The notes under the pieces were generated by a model. That model was given only the letters and a program-made list of their open reading frames with translations, did not search any database and had not been told where the DNA came from. 64,000 nucleotides of DNA from an uncultured Bacteroidales bacterium (lineage in GTDB: Bacteria > Bacteroidota > Bacteroidia > Bacteroidales > VadinHA17), in contig CAWKIC010000056.1 of the NCBI GenBank assembly GCA_963849615.1, positions 6,074-70,073 of the forward strand. The letters are read 5' to 3'. The position numbers were made by a program, and so were the translations under genes. Below, in pieces: positions 1 to 9,703 of this stretch; the stretch's first letter is position 1, and the number at the start of each line of letters is the position of its first letter.

Positions 1-805
1 GAAACGGGAACGCGGATTTATGGATGTTGAATTGTACAAAAGTGTAATATCTGAACTGGGCCCGTATCTTTATAACGTCAATCTATACTTCCAGGGAGAG
101 CCCATGCTGCATCCACGGTTCTTTTCTTTTCCCGGATTGACAGGTAAGATTTATTCAGTGGTTTCGACAAACGGGCATTTCCTGTCGGCCGGGAATGCCG
201 CCAGGCTTGCAGGTTCGGGATTGAAAAAGCTTGTCGTTTCACTCGACGGGATGGATCAAAAAACATACTCTGAATACAGGAGGAACGGAGATTTTTGTAA
301 AGTGACCGAGGGAATAAAAAATGTTGCAGAAGCAATCCGATTGCAGGGCTCTCCCCTGAGGCTTGAAATCCAGTTCCTGGTAAACAGGGTAAATGAACAT
401 CAGATTCCGGATGTCAGGAAACTCGCGAGGGAAACAGGTACATTGTTAAGGCTGAAATCAATGCAGGTTATCAATAGCCGCGAGTCAGCGAAATGGATGC
501 CTGCTTCCGGAAAGTTCAGCAGATACAAAGAGGAAAACGGTGAATTCAGGATAAAAAGCAAACTGCCAAACAGGTGCATGCGCCTGTGGTTCAATCCGGT
601 AATAACCTGGGATGGGAAAGTGATCCCCTGCTGTTTTGACAAGGATGCAGAATTTGTGATGGGAGATCTTAAACAGAGCTCATTCAGGGCTATCTGGAAC
701 GGCCCCGCCTTCAGGGAATTCAGAAGCCGGATTTTGACGGGAAGGGACAAAATAGGTATCTGCAGGAACTGTACTTCAGGAATAAATCCGGAAATCAGGC
801 GTTAA
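1..805 (+). CDS. radical SAM / SPASM-domain protein, 5' end outside window
   Basis: The frame is open from base 2 to the stop at 803-805, so the listed Met at 20 is probably internal. The C-terminal Cys cluster (NRCMRLW...VIPCCFDKD...GICRNCTSG) fits a SPASM/twitch auxiliary Fe-S pattern. The CxxxCxxC core would lie upstream of the window. Confidence 0.7.
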   Translation, partial: KRERGFMDVELYKSVISELGPYLYNVNLYFQGEPMLHPRFFSFPGLTGKIYSVVSTNGHFLSAGNAARLAGSGLKKLVVSLDGMDQKTYSEYRRNGDFCKVTEGIKNVAEAIRLQGSPLRLEIQFLVNRVNEHQIPDVRKLARETGTLLRLKSMQVINSRESAKWMPASGKFSRYKEENGEFRIKSKLPNRCMRLWFNPVITWDGKVIPCCFDKDAEFVMGDLKQSSFRAIWNGPAFREFRSRILTGRDKIGICRNCTSGINPEIRR

Positions 806-848
806 TTTCAGGAATTTCGTAAATTAAGGGAGAATTATTCTACCGGAA

Positions 849-3245
849 ATGAAGCCTTTTGGTTGTAGTAAGTCATTATTACTGGAAGGAATTGTTTTTA
901 CCTTATTATTAGCAGGTTTTATTATTCCTCCTGCTAAAAAAGCAAAATCAGGACCACAATATGAGGGAGATCTTTCTGTATCAGGTATTTCAGAAGGTGT
1001 GACTGTCTATAGGGATGAACGGGGGATGCCTCATATCTATGCCGCCAGTGAGCACGACCTGTATTTTGCAACCGGTTACATAACTGCCCAGGAGAGACTG
1101 TGGCAGATGGATCTTATACGCCGCTCATCTACGGGGCATCTTTCCGAGATATTCGGGAAAACCTTCATCCAGGCTGATCTTTTCATGAGGTGCCTTGATA
1201 TTGAGGCTAAATCGAGGAATATATTAGAAGGTGAGGATCCTGAAATTATGGAGTGCCTGAACGCATATGTTGAAGGTGTGAATGCTTATATTGGGTCAGG
1301 AGTCAGGCTCCCCCCGGAGTTCAGGATACTCTCATACAAGCCCGAACTGTGGAGTACTGAAGATATCGCATGCATCATCGGGTTCATGGGATGGAACCTT
1401 GGATCGAGAAACCTTATGTCGGAGATCTTTAACTACCGTCTCGTAAATATGTTCGGGACAGGGAAAGCAAAACAGCTGATTCCTGACTGGACAATCGACA
1501 AAGAGATTGTATTCCCAGGCTTTAAAATCGACGAAATCTTACTCGACGAAGCGGCGTCGTTTGTTTCTTCCTTTGGGAAAATAGAAGAGCTTGGGATAGT
1601 ACCGATGTCGGGCAGCAATAACTGGGCTGTTTCAGGCAACAGGACTCAAACAGGAAAACCGATGCTTTCAAATGACATGCATCTTCAGCTGGGTTCCCCC
1701 GGAATCTGGATGCAGATGCACCAGGTGGTCCCGGGGAAAATTAATGTCACAGGTGTGCTGATACCAGGCGAGCCGTTCATAATTGCAGGACATAATGAAA
1801 AGATTGCCTGGGGTATGACAAACCTGATGGCTGATAATCTCGACCTTTTTTGCGAAACTACCAATCCTGAAAATTTTAATCAGTACTATTTCAACGGTGA
1901 ATGGAAAGACATGACCCTAAGGGAAGAGGTGATAGGAGTGAGGGGCGGGAGGAAGGACACCATTGTAATCAGGTACACACACCGGGGGCCGGTAGTATCA
2001 GGGTTTCAGGATGTTGATGATGAAGCTCTCAGCATGAAATGGGCCGGCAGTGACACTGGTGACGAGATAAGGTCGGTATATCTTATCAACAGGGCAGGGA
2101 ACTGGTCTGAATTCAGAACGGCAATCAGCACTTTCAGAACAATAAGCCAGAATTTTGTTTATGCCGATACCGAAGGAAACATCGGCCTTAATTCGGCCGG
2201 TGGCGTACCTGTAAGAAAGACAAACGGTAATCTGGTACGTAATGGAGAAACAGATGAGTTTGACTGGAAGGGTTATATCCCGTTTGAAAAGCTTCCTTTC
2301 AGCCTTAATCCGGAAACAGGATATGTTTCATCCGCAAACAACAAAACAGTTGATGGAAATTATCCATTTTACATAAGCGCCGACTTTGCTCTTCCCTACC
2401 GGATAAACAGGATAAGACAGATGCTGGAAGAGAAGGAAGTTTTCGGTGTTGGGGATTTTAAAAGAATGATCCTTGACCAGCATTCGGATTTTGCAGCATT
2501 GCTTACACCTTTTATCCTTAAACTGAATGAGAAGGCGGAAGATCTCACCCCGCTTGAGAAAAGTGCACTGGGTACCTTTACAGGGTGGGACTACGATATG
2601 AGGGCTGACCTGATTGCCCCCTCATTGTTTGAGTTTTTCAGAAGGAGTCTGAGGAAGTGCCTCCTTGCTGATGAGCTTGGAGTGCTTTTTGACAAATTAT
2701 ATTACGGGGCCGGAGAATATTATTTATACCAGGCATTTAAATACGGAGTCGACGGATGGGTAGATAATGTGGATACACCTGAAAAAGAGACACTTGACGA
2801 TATTGTGATTCAGAGTTTCAAAGATTGTGTGTCGGCCATATCTAAGGAGTTCGGGAATCATATTGAGAAATGGAAGTGGGGTAATATACATACCGTTGTA
2901 ATTGAGCACCCTCTAGGCACGGTCAGGATCCTAAACAGTATTTTCCATTTTAATTCAGCTGAATACAGTGTCGGGGGAAGTGATCATACCGTAAGTCCGT
3001 ACTTCTCTTTTTCTACAGGCTTCAAAGTACAAAGCGGAGCATCGGAGAGGCATATTTTCAATACAGCAGACTGGGATGATTCGTACACTATTATTCCGAC
3101 GGGGGCCTCGGGAATCCCGGGCTCTGAGTTTTATCTTTCCCAGACAAAGGCATTTATTGAGGGGAAGTTCTACAGGGATGTGTTTTCGGAGGAGGCAGTA
3201 AAAGCAGGAGCAAAATACACTCTGAAGCTTGATCCGGTGGAATGA
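849..3245 (+). CDS. penicillin acylase family protein (Ntn-hydrolase, peptidase S45; possible acyl-homoserine-lactone acylase)
   Basis: 798 aa with an N-terminal hydrophobic anchor. It has the family motifs DRLWQMD-like (ERLWQMDL) and the autoprocessing site GSNNWAVSG, which carries the beta-subunit nucleophile Ser. Confidence 0.85.
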   Translation: MKPFGCSKSLLLEGIVFTLLLAGFIIPPAKKAKSGPQYEGDLSVSGISEGVTVYRDERGMPHIYAASEHDLYFATGYITAQERLWQMDLIRRSSTGHLSEIFGKTFIQADLFMRCLDIEAKSRNILEGEDPEIMECLNAYVEGVNAYIGSGVRLPPEFRILSYKPELWSTEDIACIIGFMGWNLGSRNLMSEIFNYRLVNMFGTGKAKQLIPDWTIDKEIVFPGFKIDEILLDEAASFVSSFGKIEELGIVPMSGSNNWAVSGNRTQTGKPMLSNDMHLQLGSPGIWMQMHQVVPGKINVTGVLIPGEPFIIAGHNEKIAWGMTNLMADNLDLFCETTNPENFNQYYFNGEWKDMTLREEVIGVRGGRKDTIVIRYTHRGPVVSGFQDVDDEALSMKWAGSDTGDEIRSVYLINRAGNWSEFRTAISTFRTISQNFVYADTEGNIGLNSAGGVPVRKTNGNLVRNGETDEFDWKGYIPFEKLPFSLNPETGYVSSANNKTVDGNYPFYISADFALPYRINRIRQMLEEKEVFGVGDFKRMILDQHSDFAALLTPFILKLNEKAEDLTPLEKSALGTFTGWDYDMRADLIAPSLFEFFRRSLRKCLLADELGVLFDKLYYGAGEYYLYQAFKYGVDGWVDNVDTPEKETLDDIVIQSFKDCVSAISKEFGNHIEKWKWGNIHTVVIEHPLGTVRILNSIFHFNSAEYSVGGSDHTVSPYFSFSTGFKVQSGASERHIFNTADWDDSYTIIPTGASGIPGSEFYLSQTKAFIEGKFYRDVFSEEAVKAGAKYTLKLDPVE

Positions 3246-3249
3246 GGTC

Positions 3250-3813
3250 TTATACCGTCATCACTTCCTTTTCTTTCTGAACCATCACCTTATCGATCTT
3301 TGATGTAAAATCATGGATCAGCTTCTGCACTCCCTCCTCTGCATCCTTCTCCGCATCCTCGGGAAGACCTTCCTTTAGCATTCTTTTTAGTTCATCGTTT
3401 GCCCATTTCCTTGCAATACGCAGACTTATCCTTGCTGTCTCACTTTCGGTCCTTACCTGTTTGACAAGCTGATGTCTCCTCTCTTCGGTAAGAGGCGGAA
3501 TGTTTATCCTGATGACCTCCCCGTTATTCACCGGTGTGAGGCCGATATTTGCGGCCATTATCGCTTTTTCAATTGCCCCCAGGGTGTTCTTTTCCCATGG
3601 CTGGATCAGGATTGTTTTGGGATCGGGTGTGTTAATGTTAGAGACCTGGGAGAGTGGTGAGTTAACGCCGTAATAATCGATTGTTATACCGTCGAGCAGG
3701 GCAGGTGTTGCCCTTCCTGCACGCAGATGGGCAAGTTCATGTTCAAGATGTTCCAGGGCTTTCTGCATCCTGTCCTGGGTTTCTTCTATTATAAGTTCAA
3801 CTTCTTCGTTCAT
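3250..3813 (-). CDS. frr: ribosome recycling factor
   Basis: 187 aa, with typical Frr sequence throughout (LRAGRATPALLDGITIDYYG...INIPPLTEERR). Confidence 0.95.
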   Translation of the reverse strand: MNEEVELIIEETQDRMQKALEHLEHELAHLRAGRATPALLDGITIDYYGVNSPLSQVSNINTPDPKTILIQPWEKNTLGAIEKAIMAANIGLTPVNNGEVIRINIPPLTEERRHQLVKQVRTESETARISLRIARKWANDELKRMLKEGLPEDAEKDAEEGVQKLIHDFTSKIDKVMVQKEKEVMTV

Positions 3814-3915
3814 AGGGCCGGAATTAGGTTAGGTTCGATAAAACTGGTCTCTTATATTATATCTGCACTCCACAGGGAAACAAATATAATAAATTAGCCG
3901 GAAATCCAATAGGGC

Positions 3916-4623
3916 TTATTTACTAATAAGGGTTCCCGGGCCGGATCCCCTGACCACTTTCACCAGGTTCCCGGGTTTATTCATATTGAAGACAATGATC
4001 GGCATGTTGTTTTCACGGCACATTGTAAAGGCTGTTGAATCCATGACTTTCAGCCTTCTGTCGATAACTTCTTCGAAGGAGATATCATCAAATTTCCTGG
4101 CATCCGGGTCCTTTTCAGGATCTGACGTATATACACCGTCAACCCTTGTCCCTTTTAAGAGGACATCAGCTCCTATCTCCACGGCACGGAGCGCTGCTGC
4201 GGTATCAGTTGTAAAGAAAGGATTCCCTGTACCTCCTGCAAGCAGGCAGACAGTCCCTTTCATTAAGTCCTCAGTGACCCTGTCCCTGTTATAAAGCTCG
4301 CCCACAGGTTCCATTCGGATGGATGTAAAAACCCTTGCCCTGCCTCCCAGTTTATTTATTGCGCTTTCGAGCGCAAGGCTGTTAATTACGGTTGCCAGCA
4401 TTCCCATCTGGTCGCCTTTAACGCGGTCGAAACCTGATTCAGTGCCACTTAATCCGCGGAAGATATTACCGCCTCCGATAACAATTGCTACTTCGCAGCC
4501 GTTATTTACCACCTCATTTACCTGTGCTGCATATTCATTCAGGACATTGGTGCTTATTCCGCTGTAATTTTCACCAGACAATGATTCACCGCTCAGTTTC
4601 AATAAAACTCTTGAATAATTCAT
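3916..4623 (-). CDS. pyrH: UMP kinase
   Basis: MNYSRVLLKLSGESL...VIGGGNIFRG...DGVYTSDP. I use the internal ATG at 4621-4623; the 31 codons upstream in the ORF track are AT-rich and not protein-like. Confidence 0.92.
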   Translation of the reverse strand: MNYSRVLLKLSGESLSGENYSGISTNVLNEYAAQVNEVVNNGCEVAIVIGGGNIFRGLSGTESGFDRVKGDQMGMLATVINSLALESAINKLGGRARVFTSIRMEPVGELYNRDRVTEDLMKGTVCLLAGGTGNPFFTTDTAAALRAVEIGADVLLKGTRVDGVYTSDPEKDPDARKFDDISFEEVIDRRLKVMDSTAFTMCRENNMPIIVFNMNKPGNLVKVVRGSGPGTLISK

Positions 4624-4725
4624 AATGAATTTGATTTGGGTTATTCTTTTAAATAAAGTATCTGCCAAATTAATAATAATTAATTGAACCAGGTAGTTGT
4701 TAGCCCTTAGGGGCATAGGCGTTAA

Positions 4726-4998
4726 CTTAAGGAATAGGACAGCTTATGAATCAAATTGTATACAACTGATTTGCAATAATTTACATTGGGGTTGTTGAAA
4801 AAGTCAAAATCCCTTAACCGCAGAGGGCGCAAAGGGAAGACGCAAAGTTCGCAAAGAGCTGAATTTATGTGTTTTAGCTTTGCGTTCTTTGCGACATCTT
4901 TGCGTTCTTTGCGGTTAAAAAGGACTTTTTAAACAGCCCCAACTTATTTAATTGTATCTCAGCTAAATATAATTCTCAGTCTTAAACTGATTCTTAAG
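4726..4998. repeat. composite hairpin repeat, CGCAAAG-word subfamily with CTTAAGGAATAGG...leader
   Basis: The core at 4788-4940 has termini GGGGTTGTTGAAAAAGTC and GACTTTTTAAACAGCCCC. The arms hold CGCAGAG/CGCAAAG x4 (4819-4856) and CTTTGCG x4 (4878-4913). The outer leader 4726-4787 is about 80 percent identical to 38837-38899. Confidence 0.75.
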
Positions 4999-5020
4999 AT
5001 CGCCTATGCCAAAGGGGGCT

Positions 5021-5047
5021 AAAAGCAAAAAGGCGCCCTGGGGCGCC
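5021..5047 (-). terminator. intrinsic terminator downstream of tsf
   Basis: The minus strand reads GGCGCC-CCAG-GGCGCC followed by TTTTTGCTTTT, 27 nt after the tsf stop. Confidence 0.65.
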
Positions 5048-5073
5048 GTGGTAATATTGAATTATGAACCAAT

Positions 5074-5904
5074 CTATAAATTCAAAGTGTAACGATTAAA
5101 AGCAGTTACTGTTAATTCCTTATCAGCCGACTGAAGGTATTGTCTGATAGTCATTTTGTTGTCCTTGACAAAATCCTGGTTAAGCAGGGTGTTTTCCTTG
5201 AAAAATTTTCCGAGTTTACCCTGAGCTATCTTCTCAAGCATATCTTCGGGCTTGCCGTCGCGTCTGGCCTGATCCTTTCCTATTTCGATCTCCTGAGCAA
5301 TAACTTTCGCGGGCACATCATCTTTATCAATTGCAATCGGGCTCATAGCAGCAATCTGCATTGCAACATCCTTATAGACCTGAACATTCTGTCCGGCCTT
5401 TGAAAAACCAACCAGTGTGGCAAGCCTGTTTCCTGGATGGATATATGCCTGAACATGGGCGGCCTCGATCTTTTCATAATAAGCAACCTCTAATTTTTCG
5501 CCAATGATTCCTATATATTCAACAATTTTACCGCCAACAGTAGTTTTATCCATCGGTAAAGCCTTTAATCCCTCAAGGTCTGTGGGTTTCTTTGCAAGTG
5601 CGATATCGAGTATTTTGTTTGCCAGTGAGATAAACTCAGCATTTATTGCCACGAAATCAGTTTCACTGTTAAGCACTATCATGGCACCCGACTTGTTATC
5701 GGCGTTAGTTCTTGCCAGAACGACACCTTCAGTAGCTTCTCTGTCGGCCCTCTTACTGGCAACGAGTTGTCCCTTTTTCCTGATGATCTCAATAGCCATG
5801 TCGAAATTTCCGTTTGATTCCTCAAGAGCTTTTTTGCAATCCATCATTCCGGCTAAAGTAACTCTCCTCAGTTTTGCAACATCTGCAGCATTTATAGTCA
5901 CCAT
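5074..5904 (-). CDS. tsf: translation elongation factor Ts
   Basis: 276 aa. The N-terminal UBA-like motif LRRVTLAGMMDCKKALEES and the rest of the sequence are typical of EF-Ts. Confidence 0.95.
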   Translation of the reverse strand: MVTINAADVAKLRRVTLAGMMDCKKALEESNGNFDMAIEIIRKKGQLVASKRADREATEGVVLARTNADNKSGAMIVLNSETDFVAINAEFISLANKILDIALAKKPTDLEGLKALPMDKTTVGGKIVEYIGIIGEKLEVAYYEKIEAAHVQAYIHPGNRLATLVGFSKAGQNVQVYKDVAMQIAAMSPIAIDKDDVPAKVIAQEIEIGKDQARRDGKPEDMLEKIAQGKLGKFFKENTLLNQDFVKDNKMTIRQYLQSADKELTVTAFNRYTLNL

Positions 5905-5943
5905 TCTAAAATCTTTCTTTATGCGTTATTAACTAATAAAATA

Positions 5944-6831
5944 TTATTCTTCTTCCGGCTCTTCAGTTTCGGTAACAACCTCATCTTCCTCTTCAATTTC
6001 AATTGCAACAGGTTTTTCTTCAACTTCCACTTCCTCTTCTTCTTCAACGATTGCTTCAATCACTGATTCAGGGAGGTCTTTGGTTTCAAGTTCTTTTCTG
6101 ATGAATTTTTTGTCTTTCATAGCCGGTTCCTTGTCTTTTTCCAGCTTTCTTTCATTAAGGCCTTCCTCAATTGCCTGGCAGAGAATATCAACAATCAGTG
6201 TTATTGATTTTGATGCGTCGTCATTAGCCGGGATCGGGAATTCGATATCGGTCGGATTGGAATTGGTGTCAACCATTGCAAAAACAGGAATACCAAGTCT
6301 CTTAGCCTCTCTTACAGCAATATGTTCCTTCAGAACATCAACAATAAAGAGAGCCGAAGGGAGTCGTGTAAGGTCGATGATGCTTCCGAGTGTCTTTTCG
6401 AGTTTAGCTCTCTGGCGTGTAACCTGGAGCCTTTCGCGTTTGGACAGGTTGGTGAAGGTACCGTCGGTAGCCATTTTATCGATAGATCCCATCTTTTTGA
6501 CAGCCTTCCGGATCGTCGGGAAGTTTGTCAGCATTCCACCTGGCCATCTTTCTGTGACATAAGGCATGTTAACCTGTTTTACTCTTTCAGCAACAATCTC
6601 TTTAGCCTGTTTCTTGGTGGCAACAAAGAGGATTTTCTTTCCGGACCGGGCAATTTGCTTCATTGCAGAAGCTGCTTCATCGAGTTTAACGATGGTTTTA
6701 TGAAGGTCAATGATATGAATTCCGTTGCGCTCCATAAATATATAGGGAGCCATTGCGGGATTCCATTTTCTTTTAAGGTGTCCGAAATGAACACCGGCAT
6801 CAAGTAATTCTTCAAAATTTGTTCTTGGCAT
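5944..6831 (-). CDS. rpsB: 30S ribosomal protein S2 with acidic C-terminal tail
   Basis: MPRTNFEELLDAGVHFGH... is the canonical S2 start (ATG at 6829-6831). About 45 C-terminal residues are Glu-rich. Confidence 0.94.
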   Translation of the reverse strand: MPRTNFEELLDAGVHFGHLKRKWNPAMAPYIFMERNGIHIIDLHKTIVKLDEAASAMKQIARSGKKILFVATKKQAKEIVAERVKQVNMPYVTERWPGGMLTNFPTIRKAVKKMGSIDKMATDGTFTNLSKRERLQVTRQRAKLEKTLGSIIDLTRLPSALFIVDVLKEHIAVREAKRLGIPVFAMVDTNSNPTDIEFPIPANDDASKSITLIVDILCQAIEEGLNERKLEKDKEPAMKDKKFIRKELETKDLPESVIEAIVEEEEEVEVEEKPVAIEIEEEDEVVTETEEPEEE

Positions 6832-6944
6832 TTTAGCTTTTTTTAAGTTTACATTCTTTTCAATCAATTGCAGAGTAGTTCCATGCAGGAAGTCTCTGTA
6901 ATTTAGATACTAAACTTGCATCTATGATGACTGATCTGTTTTTT

Positions 6945-7331
6945 TTAACGTTTGCTGAACTGGAATCTCTTCCTGGCTTTTGGCTGGCCTGGTTTTTTTC
7001 TTTCAACTTCCCTTGGATCGCGGGTAACAAATCCGGCAGCCTTGAGCACCGATTTGGTTTCAGGATCGATCTGTACAAGGGCTCTTGTAATTCCAAGACG
7101 AAGAGCTTCGGCCTGGCCTTTCACACCGCCGCCGTCGAGATTCACCCGAATGTCATACTTTTCAAGTACATTCAGGGCAACTAGCGGCTGGGTTACAACA
7201 TACTGCAAAGTCTCAGCACCAAAATATTCCTTATAATCACGTTCGTTTACAGTTATTTTCCCCTTACCATCACTTAAAATTACTCTGGCAACGGCTGCTT
7301 TTCTTCTCCCAAGTGCATTAACTGGCTCCAT
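6945..7331 (-). CDS. rpsI: 30S ribosomal protein S9
   Basis: 128 aa ending in the canonical ...KARKRFQFSKR. Confidence 0.95.
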   Translation of the reverse strand: MEPVNALGRRKAAVARVILSDGKGKITVNERDYKEYFGAETLQYVVTQPLVALNVLEKYDIRVNLDGGGVKGQAEALRLGITRALVQIDPETKSVLKAAGFVTRDPREVERKKPGQPKARKRFQFSKR

Positions 7332-7349
7332 ATCTGTTTCTTAAATGTT

Positions 7350-7793
7350 TTAAAGTACTATTTTCTTAGGTTTCTGGGCTTCATGCGGATGCGTTTCACC
7401 TGGATAAACATGCATATTCCGGTATATTGCCCTTCCGAGCCTGCTTTTTGGAAGCATTCCTCTTACAGCATGCTCAACCAGGCTGATGGGATTCTTTTTC
7501 AGCATCTCTTCTGCAGTGGTAAACCTCTGGCCACCGGGATAACCGGTATGTCTTACGTATTCCTTATCAGACCATTTTTCTCCTGACAGGGAAACTTTTG
7601 CGGCATTGATAACAACAACATTATCCCCGCAATCGACATGAGGAGTAAAATTGGTTTTGTGCTTTCCTCTGAGTGTAGAAGCTATCACCGTCGCAAGACG
7701 GCCTAAAGTTGCGCCCTCTGCGTCGATAATTACCCACTCCTTGATTACAGTATCCTTATTTGCCGATACCGTTTTATAGCTTAAGGTGTTCAC
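7350..7793 (-). CDS. rplM: 50S ribosomal protein L13
   Basis: L13 sequence begins at a GTG (7791-7793): VNTLSYKTVSANKDTVIKEWVIIDAEG. The upstream 38 codons of the tracked ORF are not L13-like. Confidence 0.88.
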   Translation of the reverse strand: MNTLSYKTVSANKDTVIKEWVIIDAEGATLGRLATVIASTLRGKHKTNFTPHVDCGDNVVVINAAKVSLSGEKWSDKEYVRHTGYPGGQRFTTAEEMLKKNPISLVEHAVRGMLPKSRLGRAIYRNMHVYPGETHPHEAQKPKKIVL

Positions 7794-7951
7794 TTTATAA
7801 TTTTTTATTTTTAAAACACTTGAACTTAATGTAAAACCCCCTATTTTGGGTCTGCAAAAATACAATATATTTCCTAATAAAAAAGAATATTGACCAGAAT
7901 TTAACAATCATAAATTAAACTGGCTTAATTTTACAAACCAATATTGGATTT

Positions 7952-8470
7952 ATGCAGGAAGAAAAAAGGATAGCGCGGGATTTTTTTACCCGGGACGTGC
8001 TCGTAGTCGCCCCTGCACTTTTGTCAAAGACTCTGGCAATAAGGTTTGATGATATAATCAGAAGATTCACCATAACAGAAACTGAAGCATACAGGGGTGA
8101 GGAGGATAAAGCGTGTCATGCCTGGAAAGGAAGAACTCCAAGGACCGAAATAATGTATCATGAGGGGGGCAGACTTTACATTTACCTTGTTTACGGGATG
8201 CACTGGATGCTTAATATAGTGACCGGAGAAGAGAACAATCCCCAGGCTGTCCTGATAAGAGGAATCGAAAACTGTAAAGGTCCGGGGAGGGTTACAAAAG
8301 TGTTGGGCATCGACAGGACTTTTTATGGTGAGGACCTGACTGTTTCTGACAGGATATGGCTGGAAGGATCGGGGATTCCGGCTGGAATCCAAACCGGAAG
8401 CAGGATAGGGATTGATTATGCGGGGGAATATTGGAAAAGCAGGCCCTGGAGGTATTTTCTGACTTGTTAG
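7952..8470 (+). CDS. mpg: DNA-3-methyladenine glycosylase (MPG/AAG family)
   Basis: FFTRDVLVVAPALL...TETEAYRGEEDKACHA...LYIYLVYGMHWMLNIV...AVLIRG match the MPG family signature. Confidence 0.82.
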   Translation: MQEEKRIARDFFTRDVLVVAPALLSKTLAIRFDDIIRRFTITETEAYRGEEDKACHAWKGRTPRTEIMYHEGGRLYIYLVYGMHWMLNIVTGEENNPQAVLIRGIENCKGPGRVTKVLGIDRTFYGEDLTVSDRIWLEGSGIPAGIQTGSRIGIDYAGEYWKSRPWRYFLTC

Positions 8471-9573
8471 TGTTGTTTAAGGGACCCCAGCCGGAAGAGC
8501 TTATCAAACCTGAGATGAAGGGTCACGGCATTGTCCATTCTCTTACGATCCATATCGTAATAACCATCAAAAGCAAAATATAATTCCAGGAAACTCTCAG
8601 GAAGAAGAGTAATATTCACCGAACCTGTGATTATTTTCCTTATATGAACAGTCACATTTTCAATATGATCCGAAACGGAACTGAAAATAAAATTCCCCTC
8701 GGGCGCGTAAAAGTCGTGCGAGGTCCAGTAACCGGCATTAAAATCAACGATTTTATAGATGTAGAATATCTTATGCCATTCCCCGCGTCCGTAGTTTATA
8801 CCGGAGGGCGCATTTCTTCTGAGGGAATTGCCCCTGAAGATCAGATACTCAAAGCCTGTCTTACCGTATTTTTGTTCTCCAAGGTCAAAGCTGACCCTTA
8901 CTCCGCCGGCGAAGTTAAGATAGGTCTCAGTCTGTTCGGGGTAATCGCTTATCTGACCTCCATAGTGTTTGAATTGTAGTTGAAGAGGTACCTCCAGCCT
9001 TATCAGGTCTGCTATCAGGGGAGATGAATATTTGAATGATTCACCAGCGGAAAATATCTCCCGCTCCGAATCTCCCTTAAATATGTAATTTTCCCAGCTC
9101 AGCCAGGTATCACTGAGGAAATGATCGCTGAAAAATCTAAGCTGAAGCCCGTCTTCCGAATAGTTGGTGTACAGCCTTTCTCTGTTGTAATGCGGGTCGA
9201 ATAATTCATTTTTATAGTTGGCAGACAGCGAACCGATTGTAATGGAAGTGTTTTCGGAAAAGTTATATGTTGTTGAAAAGAGAGGCTTGATAACTGAAAA
9301 TTTATTTGTTCCCGCGTAGCTCAGAAGATGAGTCCCAAGGCGGAGGGTCACCTTTGCAGAGGGATGGTAGATAAGCTCGGGATGCAGGAAATAGCCAATG
9401 AGCGTATAACCCTCCGTTACCGGATTAGAATACTCATTGTTCCTTATAAAGTTAACATTCCTGAAATTGAAATATAGTTTCTCAGAAGAGGAACTCGTAT
9501 CTGATTTTTCCTGCCCGCTGACCGGAACCATTGCCAGGAAAAGAAAAAGAAGCACCGGAACCGGGTATCTCAT
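8467..9573 (-). CDS. hypothetical secreted / outer-membrane protein
   Basis: The signal peptide MRYPVPVLLFLFLAMVPVSGQ starts at the internal ATG 9571-9573. The composition is aromatic-rich with alternating hydrophobicity, suggesting a beta-barrel. I did not recognise a family. Confidence 0.5.
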   Translation of the reverse strand: MRYPVPVLLFLFLAMVPVSGQEKSDTSSSSEKLYFNFRNVNFIRNNEYSNPVTEGYTLIGYFLHPELIYHPSAKVTLRLGTHLLSYAGTNKFSVIKPLFSTTYNFSENTSITIGSLSANYKNELFDPHYNRERLYTNYSEDGLQLRFFSDHFLSDTWLSWENYIFKGDSEREIFSAGESFKYSSPLIADLIRLEVPLQLQFKHYGGQISDYPEQTETYLNFAGGVRVSFDLGEQKYGKTGFEYLIFRGNSLRRNAPSGINYGRGEWHKIFYIYKIVDFNAGYWTSHDFYAPEGNFIFSSVSDHIENVTVHIRKIITGSVNITLLPESFLELYFAFDGYYDMDRKRMDNAVTLHLRFDKLFRLGSLKQH

Positions 9574-9703
9574 CAGGGTTTTTATTTCAGGCAAAAGTAG
9601 CAAAATTAGTTTCAAGTTAAAATGAAGTTAAATAGTACACCCATTGTGCTTTAATAACATTTTTTTACGTTCTTTGTTTTCTCGGATATAAAAAAAATAT
9701 CAT

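Noticed and set aside
5944-6090. The Glu-rich ~45-aa C-terminal tail of ribosomal protein S2, as a novelty.
   Set aside because: Acidic or low-complexity C-terminal extensions of S2 occur in several bacterial lineages. Nothing in the sequence suggests a separate function or a fusion.
5504-6562. Long antisense ORFs opposite strongly supported genes, for example 5504..5932, 6080..6562, 6322..6807, 23727..24194, 30864..31364, 37647..38102, 41377..41754 and 46746..47126.
   Set aside because: These are shadow ORFs. Their composition is Ser/Leu/Pro-rich and they fully overlap genes with unmistakable family sequence on the other strand.
3916-9615. N-terminal extensions implied by the first Met of tracked ORFs for pyrH, rpsB, rplM, the OM protein, purD, MORN, TonB, FISUMP, PNP, mpl and the S1C protease.
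   Set aside because: Conserved family N-termini or signal peptides begin at internal ATG or GTG codons, and the extensions are AT-rich and not protein-like. The coordinates were trimmed accordingly, although the true starts remain unverified.
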